Positions 12,967 to 24,312 of a DNA stretch of 64,000 nt are shown piece after piece. A program made the position numbers and the translations under genes. The notes under the pieces are model-generated. The model had not been told where the DNA came from, searched no databases, and saw nothing but the letters and a program-made list of their open reading frames with translations. Every line of letters begins with the position of its first letter. Position 1 is the stretch's first letter. Source of the DNA: Paraspadella gotoi (Eukaryota; Animalia; Chaetognatha); the NCBI GenBank assembly GCA_051294375.1, contig CM119270.1, forward strand, positions 15,499,845 to 15,563,844. The letters are read 5' to 3'.

Positions 12967-13467
12967 TTCTTCTTGAACTTTCACTTATATTTCATATTAA
13001 ATACTTATTAGATACGGTTAATTCACTTTTTCATATTCAATTTTTCACACTCCATTATTTATTAAGTAGTTAATTGTCTAATAATAGTTATAATTTCATC
13101 TTTAGTCTAAATCAATTTATCTCTGTTGTAGCATTACAATAATGTAATTACTTTTCAACAATGTTCATGCTCTATGCTCTCCTCTCTCTCTCTCTCAATT
13201 TTTACTATTTATTTCTTTTCACAAATCTGGCTCATTCTGTCCTCACCTTGACCTGTCTCACATCTGACCCACTGTTCTTCTCTCAACTCTGTGTTGGAAA
13301 CTTTGCCCTCTCTCTCTCTCTCTCCTCCTCCTTCTCTTCCTTCTGGCAAAAAACTTTATTTTGAAATTACAAATAATCTTGACGGCCGATGAAGGCTGTA
13401 CATTTAAAGCCCGAAACATGTCCGTCTTCATATCAAAATAACATCGTTGGTTGAACAATTTTAAACT
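12940..13467 (+). repeat. 3' pseudo-LTR of the PLE, right arm
   Basis: Inverted match to 9669-10177; contains the hammerhead. Confidence 0.9.
13381..13426 (+). ncRNA. Minimal type I hammerhead ribozyme in the PLE pLTR (noisy); inverted copy at 9704-9749, duplicates at 27516-27561 and 23839-23884
   Basis: GACG(G)-CCGATGA-A-GGCT[gtacatttaa]AGCC-(C)GAAA-C-AT-G-TC-CGTC: stem I GACG/CGTC, stem II GGCT/AGCC, palindromic ACATGT stem III, GUC cleavage triplet. Confidence 0.7.
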
Positions 13468-14174
13468 ACTTTATAAATGTAGGTTAAAAACTTAGGATTT
13501 TAAGCAAGAAATATAAGGTCGCGTATTTCTTGGTGTAATAGTTTTCGGCTTCATGTCACCGAGTTTGTTAGAATTTTTCTGCCTGGTTTCGTCGTTTTAT
13601 TTTTCAAAATATAAATCTAATTCAATAATATTTTTTGTTTATCTTTAATCTTACAATACAATATTATTAAACTTGATAGTCATGAGAAGTTGGACAAAGA
13701 GATAGATTAGAGCAGAATAGGGATGAGAGAGAGAGAGAGAGAGAGAAGAGAAGAAAGAGGAGAGAGAGAGAGAGGGAGAGAGAGAGAGAGAGATCCCAAT
13801 CTTATGTTTTCAAGAAAGGTACAAAGCCACCATGTTCACGTGCCCTCCTGATTCGAACGTTTTCAATTATAATTCACTTATGCAATAGATTGTAGCATTT
13901 CTTATAAAATCGTGTACGCAAAGATCCACGAGGCGTGCTGACGATGAAAAATAATGTTCAACAGTCGGTCGGTCGACAACGCAGACGAACGCTCCGACCA
14001 TACTCGAACGAAACCCCCCCCCCTAGCATTCCATGAGTGAAGACTTGAAAAGAGAGCCAGAAAAAGGTCGTGTGAGTCCTGTGAGTTTGTGAAAAATGGT
14101 GAAACGAGGTCACCACCGCGACGATCGTGCCAACGTCCTCAAACATTGTGATTTTGTGAGTCTTAAAAATTGTG

Positions 14175-14352
14175 GAATTGAAAGAATTGAATTGAATAGA
14201 TTGATTGATTTGAATTGATTGATTGATGATTTATGATTTGATTTGAATTTGATTTGATTTGAATTGAATTGAATGATGGAATTTGAATTGAAGTTGAATA
14301 TGAATATTAAAGAATAGAAATGAATTGAATTGAATTGAATTGAATTGAAATT
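14175..14352. repeat. (GAATT)n/(GATTT)n microsatellite; also 1452-1493 and 28310-28497
   Basis: Directly visible pentanucleotide repeats. Confidence 0.9.
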
Positions 14353-14974
14353 GAGGAATGAGGTTGGAAAAGAATTGTTCTTTTGAATTGATGGTAGAAG
14401 CATTTTTAATTTTTTCTTTAATTGAACAACAATTAAGCTATACCTTAATATCGTTTCGATTGATTTGCGTTCTGTCCGTCTTTCGAGTTTCTCTCTCTCT
14501 CATCTCATCTCTCTCTCCTCTCACTCTCGGTTGAGTCTCGTCTCTCTCTCTCTCTTTTATCGCTCTCTAGTCGAATATACAATCTTAATAGACGTTTCAC
14601 TAGACATCATCTTCAATCAAAGTCTTGGTTTTCCATCGTTCTCTTCTCCTTCGGACTCCATCACCCCCTTTCAGCCCCCATCTTCCCCCCTCTCCCCCCC
14701 ACTTCCAATACCATCTGCTTCAACAGTTTTTTTTTCTCGTATTTTCTTAATAAGAAAAAAAAAACCGTGAGAGTCTTGAGAAAAGAAGTGGATGAACAGG
14801 AAAACTTGCAATAAAACTCGTCCTCAAAAAAATAAGAAAAAAATAAAGATTTTAAGGAGAAATTTTCTCTTTTCTTATGATTTTTTTTATACTTTCTTTT
14901 CGTTTTTTTTTATCGTGGGACGGTGGAAGTAACGGTCGATGACCTATGATTCTTTCAATTAAAAAAAGAATAGA

Positions 14975-15772
14975 AAAGACTTTGGCGGCAAGAAAAGAAA
15001 AAAGGAAATAGTCTCTTTGACAGAAAAGGGAAAGAAAAAGAAAAGAGTCTTGCAGAAAAGAGAGAAAAGAAAAAGTCTTTGACGAGAAAAGGAAAAAAAG
15101 GAAAAGAAAAAAGTCTTTTGGCAAAAAGAATAAAAGAAAAAAGATAAGTTTGGCATAAAAAAAGAAAAAAGAAAAAGTACCTTGACAGAAAGGAAAGAAA
15201 AAGAAAAAGAAAAAGTCTTTGGCAGAAATTAAAAAAAAGAAGAAAAGAAGAAAGTCTTGGCAAAAAAGAAAAAAAAGGAAGTCTTTGACCAGGAAAAGGA
15301 AAAAAAAGAAAAAGGAAAAAGTCTTTGGCAGAAAGATAAAAAAAGAAAAAGAAAAAGTCTTTGGCAGAAAAAGAGAAAAGAAGAAAAAAGGTCCTTGGAC
15401 AGAAAAGAAAAAAACAGTCTTTGGCAGAAGAAGAAAGACAAGAAAAAGTTTTGGCAGGAGAAAGAAAAAAAGAAAAAGGCAAAAGGTTTTTGGCAGAGAA
15501 AGAAAAAAAGTCTTTGGCAGGAAAAAAAGAAAGTCTTTGGACAGAAAAGAAAAAAAAAGAAAAAAAGTCTTTGGCAGAGAAAAGAAAACAAGAAGAAGGA
15601 AGTCTTTGGCAAAAAAAAAAGAAGAAAAGAGAAAGTCTTTGGCAGAAAGAACAAAAAAGGGAGGTCTTTGGCAGAAAAAAAAGAAAAAAAAGTCTTTGGC
15701 AGAAAAAGAAANNNNNNNNNNNNNNNNNNNNNNNNNTTTGGCAGAAAAAAAAGAAAAAGAAAAAGGAAAGTC
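14975..15772. repeat. Minisatellite with core AAAGTCTTTGGCAG and A/G-rich linkers (~30-bp period); second array at ~29115-29855
   Basis: >20 recurrences of (G)TCTTTGGCA(G)-like cores. Confidence 0.9.
15712..15736. other. Assembly gap of exactly 25 N (second at 30134-30158); other gaps at 1170-1451, 33253-33645, 41212-41406, 41701-41947, 42305-42587, 42917-42926, 48417-48490
   Basis: N runs counted in the sequence. Confidence 0.97.
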
Positions 15773-15924
15773 CCCCGTTTAGATTCCATAAGATCGTGTC
15801 TGCGATTAAAATGTTTTCGTATTCAAAGTAAAACAATTTTTCCGTGATATCAAAATGGCCGACGGGTTGAGGTTACAATGACTAAACGTAACATAATAGG
15901 AGATAATTGTTGGGATTTTCCTTC

Positions 15925-15960
<36 letters not shown>

Positions 15961-18900
15961 GGACAGAGAATTAAAGCTTTTGTTACTTCATTATATTTGT
16001 GGAAAAAAAACAAATTGGAGGATTTCTTCCGAAAGATTTTTCCAGTACGCTCCCGTCGAAATGGATTAAAATGAGTACCGTTCGTCGTTCCAGACGATTA
16101 CCGACCACGACGATGACGAGACGACGAAAGCTTTAATAACCCGTCTGTCTTAGAGTGGCCGCTCAGGTACATTTAAGATTGTAGACACTCTATAATGACG
16201 CATAGACTTTCCTTTAATATCCCACAAACCGTCATATGACGCGTATATTAAGAAACAGGATTGGAATCCTCATGAGAGTGGCGCGGCTCGGGCGCGAGCG
16301 AACAACCAAAGTGTAACGGTACTCAACTAGTCGACCATGACGACAGACTGACGAGCCGACGGAATTGACTCGACTTTGACACGGGTCGCGACGAGATGAA
16401 CGAGAACGCTTGCTCAACGTTTTTTTTCTGCTCGAATAGCGAAAACTATTTTTTATCGTTCACGCACGACCCCAGAAAGAGAGTCCCGAGGAGGCCATTT
16501 AACCGTATGTTTTCTGTGACACTGTCTTATATAATTAGGACACCATCGTGGAATGTTTCGAGGGAGCATCGCTTGACCATTCGTCCAGCTTCAGTGGAAG
16601 TGCCAAGTGACTTTTGATCTTTAAAGGATACTAGCGCGTATTTCTTGCTAAACGTATTCTCGAATCCGATGACACGGCTGTAATCCCATTACGGTTTTAG
16701 CTACGATCGTGGTCTATGTTTCATGGAGACATTTTCTTGTTTTCAATATTTGTGGATTTCCCCGTTCGGTACTTAAAGACGAGCTGCTACGGGAGATATT
16801 TGAGAATTCTATTTTATATTGCGGGGGCGAAATAACAATGATTTCACACAAAAGAAAAAATTGTCTTAGTCATTTGTGTCTTCTTTTCGTTTGATATCGA
16901 TACAAAACCAGAATAAATGAGCGTATACGAGCCGAGGAGCGGGCCTTTAAAGTAAGGCATGCTCTAGCTGCTCTTTCACTTCCTCTATGAACTAACACCG
17001 AAATGATCGCGGTGCGTAGCCATTATTCATTTTCTCCTTTTCCGCCCGGCAGTTAACGCGCCGGGACCATGTCCTGTTGCTTATCAAAAAATTTTGTCCA
17101 GTGATCTTCCCTTGTCAGGGCCGTGGGCCTCACGGGCAATTACGTATGCCGCTCTAGCGGGTTGTAGTCATCGGTTGTACACCGGGGACTAATCTTTAAT
17201 CTGGTTGTTTTCCATTTTCATTTTGGGTTATTAGTTTTGTGTTGCTCCTGCGGCTCGGATCGCGTGGTCTCTCGCTACGCGGCGTTGTCCTGCTGTTTGT
17301 TCCTGAGGGGGGTCAACCTGTCTCACTTGCTCGGGGAGTTTCCACTCAATTGTAATTCAAGTTTTAGGTGTAAAGTCTTTCGCATCTGGGCGGCAGGATA
17401 AGTTCGGTGTTGCACGGCGGATAGCTACCTGTGCAGTTCCCGTGACATCTCTCTTCTTTCGTTGAGTCGACTAACCTAACCGGGACAACGACAACTAGGG
17501 GAGTCTGGATATACACGACCTGAATGTCTAAAAAGTGTGCATTCCAGAAACGAAAGGTTCGAAAATCCTTAATCAGTTTGTGACCGGCAACTTCTCTTAT
17601 AACCAGGAGCCTGAGGCAGGGATAGAAACGTGACTGCGTTGCCGGTGCTGGCACGCGAGTGTGCATACGCGATTGCTCGGGTCTGCGCGTAGGCAATACT
17701 AAGAAAAACGTGACAGTCGGTCGAGTTTTAAAATATGTGGCGCAGAATTAAGTTAAGACTTCTAGGAAAGGTTTTATACCTATTATTTTTATATTTCGTC
17801 TTTGGGCGTTTCTCTTTTAGTCTGTGTCGAATCTTATTTAATATCTGCTATTTTTTTCTTTTTGCTTAATAGTTGGGGAGAATAGTATTTTAATGTCGCG
17901 CTGGGTTTTTAATTTTTTCATCATTTTCAGTTTGCTCTGTCATCAATTGATCCTGTCTTACTATGGCCTTGACTTGAAGCACCAGGTTTTTTCCTGTCCT
18001 AGTGTGTTACTCGGTACCTTACGTGTCAAATTCAATCCCCCTGTTCGTCGTGGTTGACAGTACCCACCATTCGTTTTTTAAGCTGGATCGTAATTTCTGC
18101 CCTCCCAATTACATTAACGGGATTTGCGAGCACTTATTGTAATCTTCATCACATATTTGGTTGAATGACCCTTTCTTTCTACTTCTTCGTATTCACTGTC
18201 ATTCTCTTCCTACATTCTTCTCTCACTCTTCTATTACATCAGTCCATAATTCAATATTTCTTTCAGCTTTGCTTCTCTTCTCCTTTGTTGTTGTTTCCCA
18301 GCGCAAGGCCTATGGTAGAGAGTGACTGGAGGAACAGCCAGCTCAGCTGAAAGTTGTAATACCAATGTGTTATTAAGATTTTCTTTTTTCTTTTTCTTGA
18401 TTTGTTTTTTTTCTTTTTCTTGTTTCGCGGGTTGTGTTTTTGGTAAGCCCGAATGTCGGGAGCATCTGTGGAAAGGAGATCACGTAATCGTTTGTGCACC
18501 TTGACGACGGAAGCAGAAAAACACGGAGAATTTCTCGGAGAAAGCGTATCAGGAGGTCTTATCCGGTTGTTCCTTCCTCGGTGTTATTATATAACCTTCG
18601 AATGGTCTTGTGGATTATTTGGCGAAGATTATTTATGCTCATGAAGCTAGTGATACATTCAACACTGAAAAGGTTTAAATTCTATTGACACTAGCAATAA
18701 AATTACGAGCTAATGTATATACAACTTATCGGATATCAGTACCATTCGAACGGTCTATATTTAGAGCTTTTTTTCGGTTAGAAATTAAAGTTATTTCTAC
18801 AGAACAAGTGCTTATTAAAACCCGAAGAACATAACAAAAAAAAAATCATACGTACGCTAGACACGTACGAATGCCGTCCAGACGATTCCACTTCTCTGTT

Positions 18901-21900
18901 TCATTCGAATATCCAATAACAAAAGTACACAAAAAACAAACAAACCAAACAAAAGTGTTGGCACGTCTTCATCTTCTCCTCCCGCCTTTTAGCCGAGCGC
19001 CGGCGGTCCGATGACAAAGACTAATGATGTCCATAGAAATTTCGCTCTGCTTGATGCATATCTCCGTCATTAACGTTCGAGCATTTGCTACAATCGTTGT
19101 CCAGGCCGAGGGGCCGGCGCGATTAATCACCCGCGATGCGGAGGGAGGCCTTTCCCGCGAAAGACGAGGCGCGCGTTGTGGTCATTGGAAACGGAGGGGA
19201 TGCTGTCAACGGGGAAGGGGGGGGATGTGTCAGCGGGAACGGGGGGATTATGGCTACGTAGTCTAGTGAGGGAGGAAACAGTTTTATAAACCAGTAGTAG
19301 GTTTCTGGGAGTTGCTAATGGTCGTTGTTTTAACCTTATGCGGGGATGAGCAAAAGGCTTGGCGTGTGCAGCTTTCCGTGGATGGACATCAAAGTATTGC
19401 AGCATTATGATACTCTTCACAGTGAACAATGTAGTATTATAGAGGACAATTCTAATTCTCTTTCGTATTTCAGATGTAACTAAGCGGTTTTTTTTAGAAT
19501 CACGTTGTCAACCGTCTCTTCCAATCTCAACCCTAACAAAATTCGATTTCCCCCCCCGACCACTCCCAGTCTTTGAAATGCCAATTTGGGAAAAAATCTC
19601 CAAAACGAATTTGTGAATTTGGATCTCGTGTCAACTTTGCCCGAACATCCCAAGGATTCAAACCGGTCTCTCCATTTCCAAAACAACACGGATAACCGGC
19701 GAAAACTGGGCTCTCTCTCCTCTCCTCTCGTCCGTCTCTCTCTCTCTCTCTGCTCTGCGTCTCTGTCCTCTCTCTCCGTCTCTCTCTCTCTCTCTCCCTC
19801 TCTTTCTCCTTGTCATGGGATAAAACGGGAATTTTATAAAAGGCTGTTGGATGGATCGGGAGGAACCAGAAAAATAAGGAGAAAGAAGACGAAGAGGAGG
19901 AGAAGGAGGAGGGAGGAGGAGGAGGATGGAGGGGGCCTGAGAGCAAGGAGGAATAATTTATGAGGTGTATCGACATTGTAACACATCAACTCGCGTAATA
20001 CAGACAGGTGTCGCAATCGTCGCGGAGAATTGCCTATTCAACTGTTGTGTAACTGTTTTAGGGTTACTCATATCGAAACCGTAATGAAAAATATTCCAAT
20101 AGCGAAACCAAACTTCCAACAGATTCCGCCGTACTCTTCTGTATTCAGTATCTCGTCTATTAGTGTTTCCTTCGCTAACTGACTCCGCGAAATAAGATAA
20201 ACGAGAAGAATTGGGAAATACTTTCGACCCTGCACGGACTCTGCATGACTTTCAAATGCGTAGCCAATTAGGGGGGTTGCCTTAAGTGTCGCGATTTTCA
20301 CGATCTTAGGCAATAACACATCTCTCGCTCTCTGCTCTCTCATCTCTGCTGGACTGAGTTAGTGTTCTGCTCTCTCTCTCGGTCTGTCCTCCGTGATCCT
20401 CGTATCCTCTCTCTCACGTCTCTCTCTCTCTCATATACAAGCCCCGCACCTTCTTCGCGTGCGGTGGAAGCGCTCCCCGGGCGAAGAGACGCGTCCGCTG
20501 ACTCACTTCACTTCACTTCCTCATTCAACTTCCATTTTTTATTGCGGCGTTTCGTCGTACGTCGTCGTCGTCGTCGTCGGTCGTCGTCGTCGTCGTCTCA
20601 CCCCCTCCTGGCCGATAAACGGGGAACTGGCGAGTCACGTTATTGAGCGGATGCGAGCGGCCTCTTCAATCTCTTTCACAGTCGCGACCATATAAACGCT
20701 GAATACACTGGTCGTCGTTGGTTGTCGACCAGATTTTTGGTTATAGATTTGAATTTCAAAATTCGTGATATTTTTTTTTCACGCTTCCTCTAAAAATTGA
20801 AGTTTATTTCAGATTTTATCTTTTGGATTTGACTTCAGAAACCCATGCTCGTCTATTCACTATCAATTCACCATCACTTCAAATTTAACGTACTGTCCGC
20901 TGTGTAAAGAATGAAAGAACGAGAAGAACCTATATTTTTAATAAGAAATATTGACTACTATTGTAAAAATAAAATAAACATTTTTTAAAAAATAATAAAA
21001 AAAAAACTAATTTTGATACAATCTGCGTCTCTCTTTTCTGATCGCGCTCGCTCCCTTCCTCTGCTTTCACGCTCCCCGGCCTCTTGGGTCCATACCCTTC
21101 ATCCGCGGATCCGATATTGCCTCAGACTTTTTCACACAGATTTCCGGAGTAGGTCCCCCTTCACATCTTGCTCATTTGGAACGGCATCGTCGTGCGTCGC
21201 CGTCGTCGTCGTCGTGCTCACCGCCGCTCCGCGATAACCGGGGAAACTGGCGAGTGCGTTATGAGCGGCGAGACGGCCTCCTTCAACTATCCTTTTCACA
21301 AGTCGCCGGGACCAAAAGCTGAAAACTGTCGGTCGTTTGTTGTCCGCCAATTTTGGTTATAATTTGGATTTAAAAATTCTGGGAGTATTGTTTTCAAAAC
21401 GCTCCTCTAAAAAATAAATTTATTTTCAGATTTTATCTTTTGATTTGGAAATCAAACCCGATGTCGTCTATTTCATCATCAATTCACATCCTGTCACATC
21501 TTTACGTACTTTGCGCGTTGTAAAGGAAGAAGAACGAAGTACTATATTTAATTGAGATATTGACTACTATTGTAAAATAAAAATGAACAATTTTAAATAA
21601 TAAAAAAAACTAATTTTATAGCAATCTGCCTGTCTCTCTTTCTGACTCCGCGCTCCTCCCTTCCTCTGCTCACCTTCCCCCTTTCCCAATACCCCTTCAT
21701 CCTCGCGGGATCTTTGCCTCAATCTTTTTACAGATTTCCGGGTCCCCTTCCCCATTTGCTATTTGGAAGTCGTCGTCATTCGTCGTCGTCGTCGTCGTCG
21801 TCGTACGTGCGTCGTCGTCGTCGTCGCAGGGCCTTCATCCTCAGATTACGTCCGTTCTCTGGGGCGATGTTGAGGTAGAGAGAGAGAGAGAGAAGAGAGA

Positions 21901-24312
21901 GAGGAGAGAGAGGAGAGAGAGAGAGAGAGAGAGAGAGATTCCTCACACGCGCCGAATTCGAAAACGACGCGGGAAATCCGAGAAGTCGTCGAACATTTTT
22001 TCACCTCGAGACGGGGCGAAGGGAGGGGGGGGGAGAGTGAGGAAGTCGGTGTTGGAGGACGAAGTGAGTGCACAGTGTCCGGGGAAAAGTACGGTGACCA
22101 GGACGACGTGACGGCAGGAGGACGAACACGGGATAAATAATGAGGAAGGAAGATCGCCGCGACAGGAAGACAAAAAGGAAACGAGGGAATGAGAGTTTTT
22201 CATTCGGCAATGTCAGACAGTTTATGGGGTCATATCTACCGTCGGTTAACAGCGTTCTCTCGCTAATTGTCCCTGCGAAAATTATTCTTCAGTCTCTCTC
22301 TCACTTACCTCACATCATTGTTCGCGTTCAGCGCCCTTCACAATTCTCTCACTGTGCGCCTCCTTTTCCTCTTTCTCTAATTCCTTCCTCTTTTCCCTCT
22401 CCCCTCTCGCTCTCATATCTCCCGCTCTCATCTCCCTCTCCCTCTTTCACCCTCTCATTTCCCCCCCCTCTATCTCCCCCTCGTCTTCTCTCCTTCTTTG
22501 CCCTCCTCCGCCTCTTCCCGTTCCTAAATTCCTTTCTCCCCTCTTGCCTCTCCCTTTCAGTTTCTCTTCTCCCCTCGTCCCTTCTCCTTCTCCTCTCCCT
22601 TTTCATTTCTCCTTTCTCCTCCTCCTTCGCCCTCTCGCCTTCCCTTTCTCCCCGTCGCATCGATTCCATTCTCCCTTTCTCCCCTCGTTCCTCTTTATCC
22701 GATATTTAATGACTGTGCCTCTGAGGCGAATTCCACACCGAATTGACATTAACGGGTCGCCATTTGTTTGCGCTACACATTTTCTCTCGGTCTCTTCTCT
22801 CTCTCTCTCATCTCTCCTATCTCCTCTCCTCCTCTCTCTCTCCTTCTCCCTAGGCAACATGTTATAAGCACGACAAACGATAACGAACTTTGAGATGAAA
22901 CAAAAGATATTTATTGTTATTCATAGTATAATTTAGTCTACCTTTTGTCTCATCTTTCAAGCGTGCGAAGCTATTGGTCATTGGCCTTCTTCCCGTCCAC
23001 GCCGAGGGGCAGCCGGTACCGACTGACGCCGCCGCCCTACAATGAGAATGAAGACCGACTCGGCGCGTCCAGATTGGGCACTGCCGCGATTCGACTGCCG
23101 CGACCTTTGCGCTCGCTGCGGTCACGTCGAGCTACGCAAAGCGACGACGATGAAACGACTGAACGAATACGACATCGCGTGCCGGTGTTGGGGTGCCGCC
23201 GCGGGTTAATGGTCCGCGATTGCTAACATCATTCCGCGGCGTCGTCGAGGAGGCACTATCCAAAGTCTTTCTCCGAATTCCTTTAAAAGGGACGAGACTC
23301 GCCGGAGCCGGCCGCCCGGAGCCGCCGCCGCCGCGCCGGCCGCCGCCATCGACCTTCTTAGATTTTCTTGAACGATTAATTCATAAAGTTGAAACGTTTT
23401 GTAACTGACTTTTTTGCCTTTATGTTTACATTCCGAGTTAACGAGTTTTTTTTTGTTCGTCTGTTTATTGTAAACAAATCTTTTCATTTCGGGACTGGGG
23501 TGTCGAATGCTCACCGCTGGCCTCGGCGGACACCGCTTGCCACCAAGTGGAAGGAGTTGGAATGTTTTCAATTAAGAAAAGAAATTCGAGATCAAGTAAA
23601 ATGAACGCGAGTTTATTGTTATGAAATCAGAGAATTCGAATGGAGGAATGGAATTTGTATGCCGGTAATATTATTGTACATTTTTGCAATTCAAAGAGAA
23701 AAACTCATCGGACTTCCAGTATTTCACTCTATTACGTTTTAAAAAGGTTAAGGGACATCGTTATTTTCCAATATTCGTTTTCGTTGTGTTTAGATGAATA
23801 AGGACGTTTTAAATTCTCCAACGATTTTATTTGGTATAGACGGAACGATTGTTTCGCGCTTAAATCGTAAAGCCTTACGGCGTCAAAGATATTTGTGATT
23901 CAAATCAAAGTTTTTGCAAGAGGAAAAGAGAAAGAGAGGAAGAGGAGAGAGGAGAAGGCAAAGTTTCCAAACACAGAGTTGAAGAAGAGAACAGTTGGTC
24001 AGATGTTGAGGGACAGGTGAGTGAGGACAGAATGAGCCAGATTGTGAAAAGGAAACTAAATAGTGAAAAATTGAGAGAGAGAGAGCAGAGAGATAGAGAA
24101 GGAACACTTTGAAAAGATAATACATTTTTGTAAATTGTACAAACAGAAGATAAATTGTTTAGACTAAAGATGAAATAAATGATTTTCTATTAACTATTAA
24201 TAAATAATGGAGTTGAAAAATTGAAAATGAAAAATGAAATAAGTATTAATAAGTATTAAATGAAATAAAGTGAAAGTTCAAGAAATTAAGAAAGAGCTCA
24301 AGTGAGAGCTGG

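Larger units (their letters stand above)
9617..13467 (+). mobile_element. Penelope-like retroelement (RT + C-terminal GIY-YIG endonuclease), 5'-truncated, with inverted pseudo-LTRs
   Basis: Frameshift-tolerant reading gives ordered PLE motifs: KG/ALSFVPTP (~10355), PADKG..VVM (~10600), D..TY..L..DPT (~10680), VHKP..PIVS (~10845), LVSCDLTSMFTNIP (~11025), GMGS..S..LADF (~11245), W.R.ADD (~11360), IKWT.E.E.NG.IPMLDV (~11450), VYRK..TDQYIPFDS (~11550), NGYP (~11730), C....PC..YVGET (~12130-12180), EAIYIK...PTLN (~12380). Absent from the homologous site at 745-764. Confidence 0.93.
1824..14197. repeat. Copy 1 of an apparently exact 12.4-kb direct duplication (offset 14,135)
   Basis: Starts CGGGACAGAGAATT in both copies; all ORF-track peptides are identical; copies diverge after GAAAGAATTGAATTGAAT, with noisy similarity continuing to ~15930/30030. 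Confidence 0.95.

Noticed and set aside
9617-13467. DNA transposon with long TIRs (TTAA-GGG left end suggested Kolobok/piggyBac)
   Set aside because: The interior encodes PLE RT and GIY-YIG motifs, not a DDE transposase. The right end lacks the matching terminus and the duplicated target is ~20 bp.
14975-15772. CRISPR-like array (constant core with variable spacers)
   Set aside because: Eukaryotic context, ~11-14-bp core, low-complexity A/G linkers, no cas genes.
14955-15847. Long Lys- or Phe-rich ORFs (also 29083-29962)
   Set aside because: Stop-free translations of the minisatellite, some crossing N gaps.
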